A stretch of DNA of 64,000 nt from Nemertoderma westbladi (GCA_032718475.1 JAUCBJ010006656.1:1-64000), one strand, 5' to 3'. Positions 47,406 to 60,284 are shown, counted from the first letter of the stretch. The notes: generated by a model not told the origin, from the letters alone. Numbers and translations are program-made.

Positions 47406-48734
47406 ATGAGAGCAATATCAATTATAATTGTAATGGGTATATTTGAGAGAGTCTATAACAACAGCCATCAAGTTAATAGAACTATAATGAAAGCAAGTAC
47501 TGAACTAAATAATAAACTGTTTACTGATTATTTTTCTCATACACGACCAATTAACAACCAGAGTAATGTTATAAATGTCGGAGTTTTATTTCAGCTTACG
47601 CATCTTCTTGACATTGACATGATCCACTCTACACTGACATTTTCTGCCTGTGTCACTATTTTCTGGAAGGATGAAATGCTTCAATGGGACCCTGATGAGT
47701 ACCTTGGTATTACCGAGATTATTGTTGATCCAAACAAGGTATGGACTCCTCACATTGTATTGGAAGGCATGTTAGATGTTTGGATAGGTGATGAAGTAAA
47801 CTATGTTGCCATAGAGTCTACCGGTGAGATGAGATGGTATCAGAGTTGGAAAATGCATTCAATTCAGAATTTGGTGGCAACCTATTTCCCATATGATATT
47901 CAACCTCTCATGTTCAACATTTCTTCATGGACCTACAATGATAGTTTTGTCAATCTGACTTGGAGTGAAACTCTTATGCTTCCAATAATGATGTCTGTTG
48001 ACTTATCATCAAATGAATGGCTTTGGGATCACAGTATAATAACTTCTCAGCTACATGAACGCCTCACAAAGCCTGGAAAAGGACCAGATCTGTACACAAC
48101 CCTTGTTTATGCTATAACTTTACACAGAGCCCCACAATTCCACTTCCAGACCACAATATTTCCGTCCATCATTATAAGTTGCATCATCCCCTTCATATAT
48201 GTCATACCACATGAACAAGGTGATCGCATCAGTCTTGTTTCGGCAGTTTTCTTTGCCCAACTTCTCAATATGGTTGTAGTGCAGGATTACCTCCCGCCTT
48301 CAGGAAAGACACTACCTATTCTTTGTCAATTGTATTACTTTAATGTTTTGTTTACTCTAATCTGTGTCATTTTGTGTGTGATTATATCAAAAGCACGTTC
48401 TTTTGTTGACAAAGTGGTATTAAAGAGTGACAGTTCATCTACTGTTGTAATTGAAAATGTGGTACATGAATCAAATGGTTTTGTATGTCCCCCTCAGAAC
48501 AATATTAGATGGTATAAGCGCCAAAACGTTTGGCAAAAGGTTCTTAATTTTACTGACGTCTGCCTGTTCATGACGATGGCCATCGTTGCAACCACCGTCA
48601 ACCTTTACATTGCGCAAAAATACTACAGTGGGAAAACTAGTGAGCAGATTGTGAACGACTTAATGGCGGCTTATGGCGGAGGACATGTGGTTCTGGAGGC
48701 ATCACTATATTCATCCAGAGAAACTGTTGATTGA
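47406..48734 (+). CDS. Intronless pentameric ligand-gated ion channel subunit, divergent nAChR-like, lacking Cys-loop cysteines
   Basis: LFTDY...RP, WKDEMLQWDP, VWTPHIVL (loop A), YFPYDIQ (Pro-loop), SWTY (loop B), LHR pre-M1, four hydrophobic TM helices, GDRISL (cation-type M1-M2 linker), LPPSGKTLP (M2-M3). A TTTCATCAG acceptor just upstream suggests a 5' UTR intron. Confidence 0.92.
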   Translation: MRAISIIIVMGIFERVYNNSHQVNRTIMKASTELNNKLFTDYFSHTRPINNQSNVINVGVLFQLTHLLDIDMIHSTLTFSACVTIFWKDEMLQWDPDEYLGITEIIVDPNKVWTPHIVLEGMLDVWIGDEVNYVAIESTGEMRWYQSWKMHSIQNLVATYFPYDIQPLMFNISSWTYNDSFVNLTWSETLMLPIMMSVDLSSNEWLWDHSIITSQLHERLTKPGKGPDLYTTLVYAITLHRAPQFHFQTTIFPSIIISCIIPFIYVIPHEQGDRISLVSAVFFAQLLNMVVVQDYLPPSGKTLPILCQLYYFNVLFTLICVILCVIISKARSFVDKVVLKSDSSSTVVIENVVHESNGFVCPPQNNIRWYKRQNVWQKVLNFTDVCLFMTMAIVATTVNLYIAQKYYSGKTSEQIVNDLMAAYGGGHVVLEASLYSSRETVD

Positions 48735-48997
48735 CATAATTTATTATAAGTGAAGATATTACACTGCATATTAATCATAAATACAACATTGCAATATTCT
48801 ACTGTTATGGAGTGTGCAACAAAGTAAGCGAGTCTGGCATCTGTTTCAACCATTATTGTCTGTTTGTCTGTCGAAGGCAGTGGTGGTACGGCTACACTGT
48901 CACTACTCAACAAGTCGTGATATGGCTAATTTTCGCGTTACGACTAATCTATTGTTTTGGTTCTTGGTTTTACATATGGAATCATTATTGGTATTAT

Positions 48998-49740
48998 TAT
49001 ATGGTGTTTATATACAGATGAGGTCCGAAAAATGTAGTAATGTATTACAGCACGGGAGTATCCGGGGGGGGGGGGGGGGGGGGGTACCATCTTTCCTATG
49101 TTCTTCGACAACCTCACATTCAATATATTGTATATATTCCATCAGCAATATGTGAATTTGTTATAAATAATTTATTATTTACCTGTTAGAAGATGTAGTT
49201 TTCCTCATTAATGGTTGGGTTATTAGCAGAAGCATAAGTACAGCGAAGATTTTACGATGAGATGAGATGTTGCGGTCATCCTCCTTAAGTCCTGATTTGC
49301 CCAAAGAGAGAACATTTAGCGTTTCACCAAAATTGTTCATAGTTATCCAGTAAGTATATATTGTTGGATTTTAATAATTAAAGTCTTCAATTGCTCTGCA
49401 TGGGGGCGTAAATTAAAAAAATATATATATTGTAGGACCAGTAAAAATATAAAGTGTGGGAATGCGTGGCAAGGAGAATTGCGAAGTAATTATATATAAT
49501 ACAGTTGGGGAATGACAAAATGAAAGTAAATTCAAATCTGAATGGAATCCGTACCTGTGCTTGAGACAGTAACTAAGGATGTGCTGGTACCTCATAGAAT
49601 ACAATATATTGAATGTCAGGTTGTTGAAGAACATAGGGAAGATGGTAAATGCACCCCCCCCCATACTGGATACTCCCATGCTGTAAAACATTATTACATT
49701 ACAATTTTAGGACGTCGTCTGTACGTAAACACCATAGAAT
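48998..49740. mobile_element. Foldback/MITE-like element with ~150-bp imperfect terminal inverted repeats
   Basis: 48998-49148 is the imperfect reverse complement of 49573-49740, for example ACCATCTTTCCTATGTTCTTCGACAACC / GGTTGTTGAAGAACATAGGGAAGATGGT. Confidence 0.75.
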
Positions 49741-49959
49741 AAAATTGATAATGATTCCCTATGTATAACCAAGACAATAAATTAGCCGTAACGCGACAAT
49801 AATATATAAATAATTAATAATAACGCAACCCACGGCTAGACATGCTGACAAGGTCGGCGGAAGGTAATCAACCAACGGCGACCTACTGCGAAGACGCTTG
49901 TAGGAGTTGCAACCACAAGCGGTTTACTCTCGCATCTAAAAGATATGAGTATGAGAACA

Positions 49960-52505
49960 GTCAATGGATGAAAACCAGTCCACCGATTCAATATACCAGA
50001 ATATAATAATAGCCCACAAGGAATCAGCTAAGAGGCATATCCCCCAGAAACCCAAACGAAAACAGTATGTCCCATGGCAAAACTCTGAGGTTACTTGTAA
50101 GAGAGAAGATCTTAAGATAGCCTACAAAGTAAAAACTGAACAACTGACAACCGAAAACATTAACAAGGTTGAGAAAGCTAAGGACAATCTTAAATTGGCC
50201 TACAACATCAGCCAGGAAAAGTACATACGGGATAAAATTGAAGCAATTACAACTGCTCACATACAGCAACAATCAAGACTTACCTGGCAAACTGTGAATG
50301 AGGTATCTGGTCGGAAAAGTTGTGCAAAGGGGCGCCTCAAAGCTGATAGTCCCGAAGAACGTGTGGGGAAGTGGAAAAATCACTTCAGCAACTTGCTTGG
50401 GCAGCCACCAAACATCGAGGTCAGCCCTACAAGGAAAATATATGACAAGACACTACCTATAGAGACAGGGGACTTCACACATGCAGAACTCCAAAGAAGC
50501 ATTAAAAGCATGTCCAATAATAAAGCGAGTGGATTAGATGAAATCACAGCGGAGGTATGGAAAACGGGAGTGCTAAACAGACCATTATTGAATGTTTGCA
50601 CTACTACTACTACTACTAGGATCGGCATGCTGCATTGCAGCTGCATTTTTAAGAATGCTGTGCCGGCTTGTCAACAAAATTGCACCGCCACAACTCCCTA
50701 TCACCCATGACATTTGCTAGATCATCCGCATCTTTAAGGCCAGTGTCCTTTAAGATGCGTCTCAAGAAAGTCATGGGCTGTCCACCATGCTTATTCACTC
50801 CATGAGGCTGCCAAAGTACAAGATTATGCACTGGCTGGTCCTCACGGCGAAAGCAATGTCCTGCAAAGCGGAGGCGATTTTGTTCTAGTGTCAAGCTTGG
50901 GGGAACCAATGAGACACCTCCAATGTTATATAGTGTCTGGTTGGAGATGTGTGCATTGTACTTGACACAATGTACCCGGCGTAGCATTCTTGTGAATGTG
51001 CCATCCAGAGATTTGGTGTCCTCAGCAGTTAGAGCCCAGCATGGACTCCCGTAGAGGAGTACTGGAGCTACTGCTGCTCTAAATAATCGGACCTTAAGTT
51101 TCCGATTAATTCTAGGTGACTTCCAAATCCTGGAAAGCCTATTCAAGGCTGCCCATGCCTTTCCCTTACGTATTTGAAGGTCCTCACCTGACTTCCGGAT
51201 CCATGATCCCAGGTAACAGAAGTCGTCCACATGCTCAAGCATACCATCCTTTGAGCTTATGCTCATCCGATCAGAGACTTGCTGAGGACTTTCAAAGTTA
51301 ACTGTCAGAATTTTGGTCTTTCTGGAGTTAATAAAAAGACCAACACTAGAAGCAGCATGTTCTAATGAGCTGAGGAGCCTGAGCTGATGAGCTGAATGTT
51401 TGCAACCGCATGTTAAAAGGGGAAAAGCCTCCACCAATTTGGACTAAAGGTCAAAACTAAAGCCTCTCCTCAAGAAAGGAGACCTCGGTATACCAACAAA
51501 CTATCAAGGGATCTGTCTGCTTGTGGTAGCTGCTAAAATATACAATAAAATGATTCTATATAGGATTAGGCCTCACATAGAGAAACTACTGTGTAAGAGC
51601 CAAAACGGATTTCGACCAAGTAGATCAACAATTGCTCAGATACTTGCACTATGGAGACTGATTGAAGGAATTAAGTCAAAGAATCTCACTGCAGTCATGA
51701 CTTTTGTGGACTTCAAGAAGGCATTCGACTCCATCCTTAGAGGTAAAATGCTTGAAATCCTAAGAGCTTATGGAATACCAGAAGTAATCGTTGCTGGTAT
51801 TGGATTGTTATATTGTGACACAGAAGCACAGGTACTCTCACCAGATTCTGAAACTGAGTGTTTCTCAAACCTGGTTGGCGGACTGCAAGGTGACACATTA
51901 GCACCATTACTATTTGTAATTGTACTGAATTACGCAATGAGGATGGCCACAAAGGGTGAAGATCTGGGATTCATACTTCAAGAACGCAGAAGTAGTAGAT
52001 ATCCGGCAACTACAGTCACAGACACCTACTTCACAGATGACATCACCCTGCTCTCTAATACGCTAGCAGATGCAAAGCTTCTACTAAATAAAGTGGAGAG
52101 GGCTGCTAAGGAGGTTGGATTGCATATAAATGCTTCCAAGACCGAATTCATGACTTTTAATGTTGAAGGAAACTTGACAACCATTGATAATAATCAACTA
52201 AGGAAGGTTGACGACTTCCAGTACCTAGGATCATGGATAGAGAGTAGCAAAAAAGACATAGAAGTTAGGAAAGCAAAGGCTTGGGTAGCTCTATCAAAAA
52301 TGGATACCATCTGGAAATCAAATCTCTCCAGGCACCTGAAGACTGATTTCTTTCGAGCCACAGTGGAAAGTGTATTTTTATACAGGGGTGAGACCTGGAC
52401 ACTGACTAAATCACTTGAACAACGAATTGATGGTTACTACACAAGACTACTAAGGGCAGCCCTAAACATCCGCTGGAGACAACACATGACAAATGCCGAG
52501 CTTTA
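49960..52505 (+). mobile_element. RTE-type LINE family A, ORF2 fragment, interrupted at 50601-51392
   Basis: KASGLDEITAEVWK, QNGFR, FVDFKKAFDS, QGDTLAPLLF, FTDD and YLGSWI in ORFs 49964-50600 and 51405-52505. Confidence 0.9.
50601..51392 (-). mobile_element. RTE-type LINE family B, 5'-truncated copy inserted into family A
   Basis: (TAG)n tail and 12-bp TSD TGAATGTTTGCA (50589-50600 / 51393-51404). Near-identical to the 3' end of 52506-54065. Confidence 0.93.
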
Positions 52506-54065
52506 TACTACTTCTAGGATCGGCATGCTGCATTGCAGCTGCATTTTTAAGAATGCTGTGCCGGCTTGTCAACAAAATTGCACCGCCACAACTCCCTATC
52601 ACCCATGACATTTGCTAGATCATCCGCATCTTCAAGGCCAGTGTCCTTTAAGATGCGTCTCAAGAAAGTCATGGGCTGTCCACCATGCTTATTCACTCCA
52701 TGAGGCTGCCAAAGTACAAGATTATGCACTGGCTGGTCCTCACGGCGAAAGCAATGTCCTGCAAAGCAGAGGCGATTTTGTTCTAGTGTCAAGCTTGGGG
52801 GAACCAATGAGACACCTCCAATGTTATATAATGTCTGGTTGGAGATGTGTGCATTGTACTTGACACAATGAACCCGGCGTAGCATTCTTGTGAATGTGCC
52901 ATCCAGAGATTTGGTGTCCTCAGCAGTTAGAGCCCAGCATGGACTCCCGTAGAGGAGTACTGGAACTACTGCTGCTCTAAATAATCGGACCTTAAGTTTC
53001 CGATTAATTCTCGGTGACTTCCAAATCCTGGAAAGCCTATTCAAGGCTGCCCATGCCTTTCCCTTACGTATTCGAAGGTCCTCACCTGACTTCCGGATCC
53101 ATGATCCCAGGTAACAGAAGTCGTCCACATGCTCAAGCATACCATCCTTTGAGGTTATGCTCATCCGATCAGAGACTTGCTGAGGACTTTCAAAGTTAAC
53201 TGTCAAAATTTTGGTCTTTCTGGAGTTAGTAAAAAGACCAACACTAGAAGCAGCATGTTCTAATGAGCTGAGGAGCCGTTGGGCTCGCTCTAATGATTCT
53301 GAGAGTACTCCTAAGTCATCAGCAAAGTCTAGATCAGTTAGGTACTTGGCAAGATTTCCTCGACTTCTGGAGCCAGTAGGTGGAGTTATCATCACCCCAT
53401 CATCATTATGATGATCTAAGGACATGCATAGAACATAGTCAACCACAATAATGAACAAGAATGGTGCAAGTGTGTCTCCTTGGAGGATGCCCCATAACAC
53501 TTCAAATGGTTCTGTTTCACCGTCAACAGTAGACACAAATGTTGTCGAACCATCGTATACTGATCTGATTACTGCAATAATTTCATCAGCCATCCCATAT
53601 AATGAAAGTATGGTGAACATACGTGAGCGAAAGACTTGAAAAGGCCTTGAAGAAGTCAACAAAGATAACAGCCAGATACCTATCTTTCTTTTTTGATAAC
53701 TCTTCAATTATCCTTCTAAAAGCCAAAATGGGCTCCAAGGTCCCACGACCTTTTTGGAACCCATTCTGATTTCCACCGAGCAGTCTCTGAATGGGATCTC
53801 TGATGCGATTTAATAGAATTCTATTGTAAAGCTTTGCAGCAATCGAGATCAATGAGATTCCCCGAAAAGAACCATAGAGTGATAGATGCCCTTCTTGGGA
53901 ACTGGCACCAACATATTTGTTTTCATTTCTTGTGGGACTCTTGTTGTTCGGTACATGTCTACTATGATAGGATAAATGAGCTCCAAACATTCAGGTGTTT
54001 TAAAGACCTCAGGGGGGACACCATCTACTCCACTGGCACGATTGGTCTTAATGCTCTTTGCAGCA
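52506..54065 (-). mobile_element. RTE-type LINE family B, longer 5'-truncated copy
   Basis: RASGVDG, QNGFQ, FVDFFKAF, QGDTLAPFLF, FADD and YLGSWI motifs, with frameshifts and a short TAG-type tail. Confidence 0.92.
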
Positions 54066-55867
54066 GCTAGCAGCAGAAAGAATAACTTGAATATAACTGA
54101 CACTGACAATCAATCAATCAATCAATCAATGGAGCTCAACCGGGAAATGAAGTAGTTTTTCGTGGTAACAGATCTAGTTTTGTATGTGTGAACCGTAGAT
54201 GTCTGTCTGAAAAGAGACGTAATGAATAGTTGTTTTTTATTATTATTAATGTGTATAATAAAATAATTCTGTATAATTGCCGTGGCCGCAGCCAGAGGTA
54301 AATATTTTATCTTAAATTTCTAAATGATACGGTAGAAATGATTATTGATAAAAATTATTAGTACATAAACTCTATTACACCATTGAAATATTATGTTTAT
54401 TATTAATTAGAACTTATTGAAATACTTATTAACAGCATTTGAATTCACTGGTTTAATATTCGTGTTCTAATACTACAGTGAGATTTCATTTTTATTTCAA
54501 CCTTTTTAGTATTTTAAGCATATTAGTTGATCATTTTGTAGTTTTTGTGTTTAAGAAATAATGCAGAATTATAATAATATGTAATTTATGTTAATGTTTC
54601 GGCTTTTGAGTTATTGATAATAGGCGACTGGAATCCACCAACGCATTGTACACTGAGCTTCCAACTGGATCTAAGGGAAATTCCAACCAGGGAATGTCCA
54701 ATTTCTACTTTTTTCAATTTTCTTGTCCTTGTTGAACAGCCGCCAATCAAAACGAATTTTTCACTGTTGATTCTTGCCTTTCGATCAAACAAAGGTAAAT
54801 GTTTAAAAGGCTGATGATTTCTGAACTGAAAGGACTAATGCGGTTAAAGGACTACCGGCACCCCCTACGGGCGTAATTGTCAGTGCTAAAGTAAAGAAGT
54901 ATAGTAAATCTTCCAACTACAATCTACTAAACTCTGCTAAACAAAACCCCGCGAACTAATAAATCTTCTTATTCCTACGGGTGAATGATTAATATTATAT
55001 TTAAAGATACCCAGTGTGTGGTAGAATCTGAAACCACTCAGTTCAATAGAAACCAGGTTTATATCTACAATTTGTCCAAAAGATACAAAATCTTACTTGA
55101 AGATTACTACACACTGTGAAAGAAATTGTAATTACGATTGACGAAATCAATAAATGCAATTAATTGCCGCCTATTATACCGTTGTTCCCATACAGTAGTC
55201 TATGATTCGTTGACAATATCTGGAGTTGGAGTCAAATAATTATTACTTTTTCGGCCGAATATAGCACAAAATCGGGAACAAAGAGAGTACTTTTTATAAT
55301 ATATCCAATATTGGTTTATGTAGTTAAGCGGCTCTCGAATTACGTAACAAATATTCGAAATCATTAAATTACTTAACATTGAGTAAGTCTGTATCGAGAG
55401 TTGAAGAGTACACTAATTTGGATTGCTGTAACTATGGAAGCAATTTAGTAAAATACTGCTTACAATTTATTTTAACACTTTTTCGTTTTATTTCGGTATT
55501 AATAAAAATTAATTTTAACCATAAAACTTACATATTAATAATTATAAATTCAAATATTTAATACATGGCAGTACTAATAATTAACAATACATATAATAGA
55601 ATATAAAACAAGAGACAAACTATAATAACAATAATAGTAAGTATTACACACTCCTAGCATACAAACTAGTTTAATATGTATAATAAATGTTTAAATTTAT
55701 TATAGAAAATACTAGTAAAGCTAGCAAGCATTATACTTAATACTTACATAATTAATGTAGGTACAATAAAAATAAAATAAAAACAGTTGGTTTTTTATAT
55801 TTTTAAGTCCAACACCTAAATGAACTTATCTTTATAAAGGCCTAATATATAAAAAGTATTAATTTTT

Positions 55868-56048
55868 TTAATTGTAATATTCTTCATCACAGCAGCCAAT
55901 GGCGCATTCTATTGATTGTGTCGCATTCGGTGTCAGGTGGGTTGGCTGCTACGTATTCAGGTAGACACATCGGTATTAATGACGTTGGAAGTGTGAATAC
56001 TGAGGCCAAGTCGTGGGTTTTTGGAACTGGAATATGACGCAGCGTCAT
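55868..56048 (-). pseudogene. Frameshifted paralog of the small Cys-rich ORF at 60285-60467
   Basis: ...LIPMCLPEYVAANPPDTECDTI / shift / IECAIGCCDEEYYN* aligns with PMCLPKD...DTECDTI...SCSATCCDEDLYN*. Confidence 0.6.
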
Positions 56049-56380
56049 CGTGTATTGTTACCAAGCTAGCAATTTGGCGAAAGTAATTCAGTTTTTGATT
56101 GGCTGGCTACAGCCGTGTCAGGGAGTCCGCCGCCGTAGTCTAAGGTCGAAGTGATAAATTGTTATAGATTATCAACATTCGAATACAATAAATTATAAAT
56201 TAATGTGTAAATTTACACAGTGTCGTGCGGGCGCACAGTGATGAATTATTTCACTATAAGGTAGCATTTGTAGTTTAACTTTAGCGTAAAAACTTTTGAA
56301 AATCCGACGTATTTTGATTAAATTACAGTAATGTAATATGCCGATTTATATTTGTACACATAAAACCCTTAGGTACTCTC

Positions 56381-56450
56381 GTGGCGTAGTGGTCAGATGG
56401 TTAAGGCGTTGGTTACATTACGTAGGTTACGAGTTCGAATCCCAGTCGGG
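56381..56450 (+). other. tRNA-like Pol III promoter head (SINE relic)
   Basis: A box TGGCGTAGTGG and B box GAGTTCGAATCC, but no convincing cloverleaf. Confidence 0.5.
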
Positions 56451-56499
56451 AAATTTGTATTTTGGGGCCATTTATTTTCGTTTAGGTGCTAATTGGTAG

Positions 56500-56935
56500 G
56501 CCAATGAGAAGCGTACAACGTAGCGGATAATGAGCCAGGCCAATCATAGGGCATAAATTACCTTATTGCTCAAATGTGAGGCAGTGGAAAATTCTGTTAG
56601 GATTCCATGTCCCTGATTAGTGTAAGGGCCGGACTGCGTTGAACGATGAGCTGGGCCAATCATAGGGCACGACGTACTTCATTGCTCAATTGTAAAGCTG
56701 TGGAAAATTTTGTTTAGTTTCCATGTGCAATTTCTAGTATAAAAGGCCGGTTTGCCTTCGGTTATCACCTCTTACTGTCGTTATACACTTCTACCCCTTC
56801 GTTACTCTCACTATTAGTTAAATTGTTATTTAGTTTATTCGGTTTCTTGTTGAAACTTACTTTGATAAATCCTTTGTTAAAACTGTAAATATACTGCAAT
56901 TTCCTGACATGTTTTCTTTTGGTCCGACTTCGGGA
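56500..56935 (+). mobile_element. LTR-like promoter segment followed by a possible PBS
   Basis: Duplicated ~116-bp unit with CCAAT boxes, TATAAAA at ~56738, CA end near 56909, then TGGTCCGACTTCGG. No partner LTR or coding region found. Confidence 0.3.
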
Positions 56936-59029
56936 CAGCCGAACACCAGGGAGATGGCAGCCTAGACCGTTAGGCCGTAAGCAACGCAGGGAAGGGATGT
57001 CCACAACACGCTAGCGCCCACATTGGATTGACCGCGCACCCCCTTTGCCCCTTCGAAATGCTCAATTTGCCATGCAGCGCCCGCTTTGTGAGAAAGGTAA
57101 GACTTTGTTCGACGCCCTTGCCCGCCGTAAGACCTATAGATCAGGGTAAGCGTGACACCGCACTGGACGCCGCAAATTTAGGATCAAATAATTATATCCA
57201 GACAACCCCACCCCTCTTGTCAGTCCTACGAATCCCTGGGTTAACCTGTACTTCCTACAGGTGCGAACTATTGCCATTCGTCAGTACGCGAGTACACATT
57301 AGGCACGGACAGCATACGTTCCATAATTTAGTGATTCATAGCACTGACTGTTTGGTACCGGTTCGCTTTGTAGAACGTACATTAGTACCCCCCCCCCCCT
57401 TTGTCTGGAGTTAGCTATTTGATCAGGCAAGGAGCATTTCTGCTACCGGCACACTGCTTGGCCTAGGGAGGTTTATTAATATCCTACCGCGCCTTGCCAC
57501 GTACTGATAGGTATTGCTGCTAACTACCGCAGCAACAAAATTCTAGAATTAAATTAGTATACCAGATCAGCTAACGTACGGTAGCGATTAACCCCTATTC
57601 TTATCTTACAACCAGAATCTGGTATTAGTGCCGATCACGGGTGTAGTTACTAACACTGTGGTTGCCCATTGGGTTGTGGATAGGAAGGAGAGAGCTTTGA
57701 CGTCATTCGTGAGTATAAAGTTCTACAAACGCGACTAGTTTATTTTAGTAGCTAGCGCACGGTATCATTTAGTCAGAAAATCACTAAAACCTAGTAAAAG
57801 GAATTACTCGAAATTGTTTTATTTGTAACACACCCACACACACACGCCCTAAAACATATTGCCCTTAAAGTTCTACTAGCTATAGCGTACTATACATTAC
57901 GTTAGGAGGAAATTATTTGTATTCGTACAATTAGGATCTGATTTGATTGCGGCAAGATAAGGAGTATTTCACTTTCGTTATTAAACTGTTGTTTGTCTGG
58001 ACAACGGTATTGTTACATTTAGGCCTGACCCTTTAGACTGATTTCGTACAGGGGTATCAGTTATTGTTACATTTAGGCACGACCGTTAGGCTGATTTCGA
58101 CAGGGATGATCAGCATTGTTACACTAGGTCTGTTAACCACCTAGTTCGTATATAAACCATATAAATCACACCGCGGCAAGTTACTGTATTTAGGACTGTC
58201 AGTGATAGTTAGGATTCGCTGCGCGGGGATTGTTTTCCCGTGAGTTTGGTCTGTTACGGTAACTGTACATCTGCCTCACCGGTTAGAGGACAGGTATCCT
58301 TCTGTCTAGTACGTAGGCATTCGACCCGCTCACGTACATAGAATAGATACAAGGCTCTGTTCCTCGCCAGTAGTCGTTTGTGTACTATATCTGTTTGTTT
58401 AGATATCCTGGACTGGGATTTGTTGTCAGATACTGTACAAGCCCGTATACATTACTAGAGTCTCATAGTAAGATACATCTGCTGACGCGAGGGCGAGTCG
58501 CCAACCGCCCCCCATGTCCTTAATCAGAACCTCATCAGTCTGTCCAGTCTGCATTCGGTGCTCTTGAACACCCACTGCGCATAAACTGTTCAGTAGGTCC
58601 AATAATCATAAAAAAATACCTTCTGAATTAAAATTTTGTGCTTTTTCTCGTGGAGACATCCAATTAGCACCACTGAGCACAGAAATTTGCAGAAATTGAA
58701 TGCAAACCCCAAACTTCATCTCCTTTACCGATATCGCGATATATCGGAGCCAGTATCTTCTATCCCAAATATCTCGAAAACTAAGCAAGATATGGGAAAA
58801 CGGTTTCCACATTTGGATTCAGCAGGAAATTCTGCATCAGATAGGATATGTTTCAAAAATTCAACTTTTTTGTCAGAAAATGCGCTACCCCCCCCCCCCC
58901 CCCCTTAAAACAAAGGTTTTGGAAAATCGTAATAAACGATGCAGCTTCACGGTATTGTATAAAGGTGCAGCTTCACGCTATTGGAACTTGGCGATAGTGC
59001 AGAACAACAGGTTATTGGTTACATTATAT

Positions 59030-59256
59030 TCGCCGTGAGGACCTGAGCCAGTGCATAATCTGTTACTTTGGCAGCCTCATGGAGTGAATAAGCATGGTCG
59101 ACAGCCCATGACTTTCTTGAGACGCATCTTAAAGGACACTGGCCTTTAACATGGGGAATATCTAGCAAATGTCATGGGTGATAGGGAGTTGTGGAGGCGC
59201 AATTTTGTTGACAAGCCGGCAAAGCATTCTTAAAAATGCAGCTGCAATGCAGCATT
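59030..59256 (+). mobile_element. RTE family B 3' fragment
   Basis: Reverse complement of the 3' region of 50601-51392. Confidence 0.85.
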
Positions 59257-59555
59257 GTATAACATTGGACGATTCAATGGCAAATGCCAATGAATATTTA
59301 ATGCCGATTTTTAAATTTTAATGGCAAAATTGAGCAACACAAACATTGAATATAAACACTTGCTTTGATATGTTGTGGCACATAGACGCAGTGTTCAATC
59401 ACTAACCTTGTAGTAAAGGACATATCTTCCATGCTGCAATCCCGCTTTGTTGCATATATTGACCCACCGAAACTTCCAAGAAAAACAAAGGATCCCCACC
59501 AAAAATTAGGAAAATGAAATATGGAATGAGAAACGCGCCTGAAAATATAAACTAT

Positions 59556-59845
59556 TAACATTGGAGGTGTCTCATTGGTTCTCCCGAACTATTAACATTG
59601 GAGGTGTCTCATTGGTTCTCCCGAGCTATTAACATTGGAGGTGTCTCATTGGTTCTCCCGAGCTATTAACATTGGAGGGTCTCATTGGTTCTCCCGAGCT
59701 ATTAACATTGGAGGTGTCTCATTGGTTCTTTCAAGCTTGACACTTGAGCAAAGCCGCCTCCGCTTTGCAGGATATCACGTTCTCCATGAGGACAAACCTA
59801 AGCACAATCTTGTGATTTGGCTACCCCATGGGGAAGTAAACCACC
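59556..59845 (+). repeat. 37-bp tandem repeat derived from RTE family B, running into an RTE fragment
   Basis: AACATTGGAGGTGTCTCATTGGTTCTCCCGAGCTATT occurs about 4.5 times, then TCAAGCTTGACACTTGAGCAAAGCCGCCTCCGC (SSLTLEQSRLRFAG). Confidence 0.85.
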
Positions 59846-60284
59846 TATTCTAAAATATTTGTAATGACATAACAATGATAAACACATTACTTCGAATTAT
59901 TATTTCGGTTATAATAACACTTCAATTTAACAAATAAATTACTTAATTAATGTACAATAAATATATTAATTTATTGTCCTTCCCATCTCTAGATATAGTT
60001 TATCGACGTCACAGGTAGCATTCACCCGTTAAATAAGTGATTTTGGAACGAGCGATAGATACCTGTAAGGCATACTTTATTAATTGCCAAATAAAATAAT
60101 ATATTTAAGAGAAAATATATTTGAATTATTGTTTTTTTACGAAGATATATATAATTTAGTTGTATATACTTTACACAGGCAAATAGTTAGTTGTTTTTTA
60201 GAGACCTTTTTATTATTTTTAAATTCCATCACCTCACATTCAAAAAGAAAGTAGATAGTTCTAGTCTATTTGAAGTATTAATTT

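Noticed and set aside
49812-49955. Possible HDV-like ribozyme upstream of RTE family A
   Set aside because: I could not assemble the nested double pseudoknot by eye.
51523-53707. 361-aa and 386-aa RT ORFs as host or domesticated genes
   Set aside because: They are truncated, frameshifted RTE copies with tails, and their ends are chimeric read-through across insertion junctions or frameshifts.
54811-54835. CTGATGA...GAAA hammerhead-like core
   Set aside because: The intervening bases cannot form stem II and no flanking stems are evident.
56381-56450. Functional tRNA gene
   Set aside because: A and B boxes are present, but acceptor and anticodon stems do not form. Treated as a SINE-like relic.
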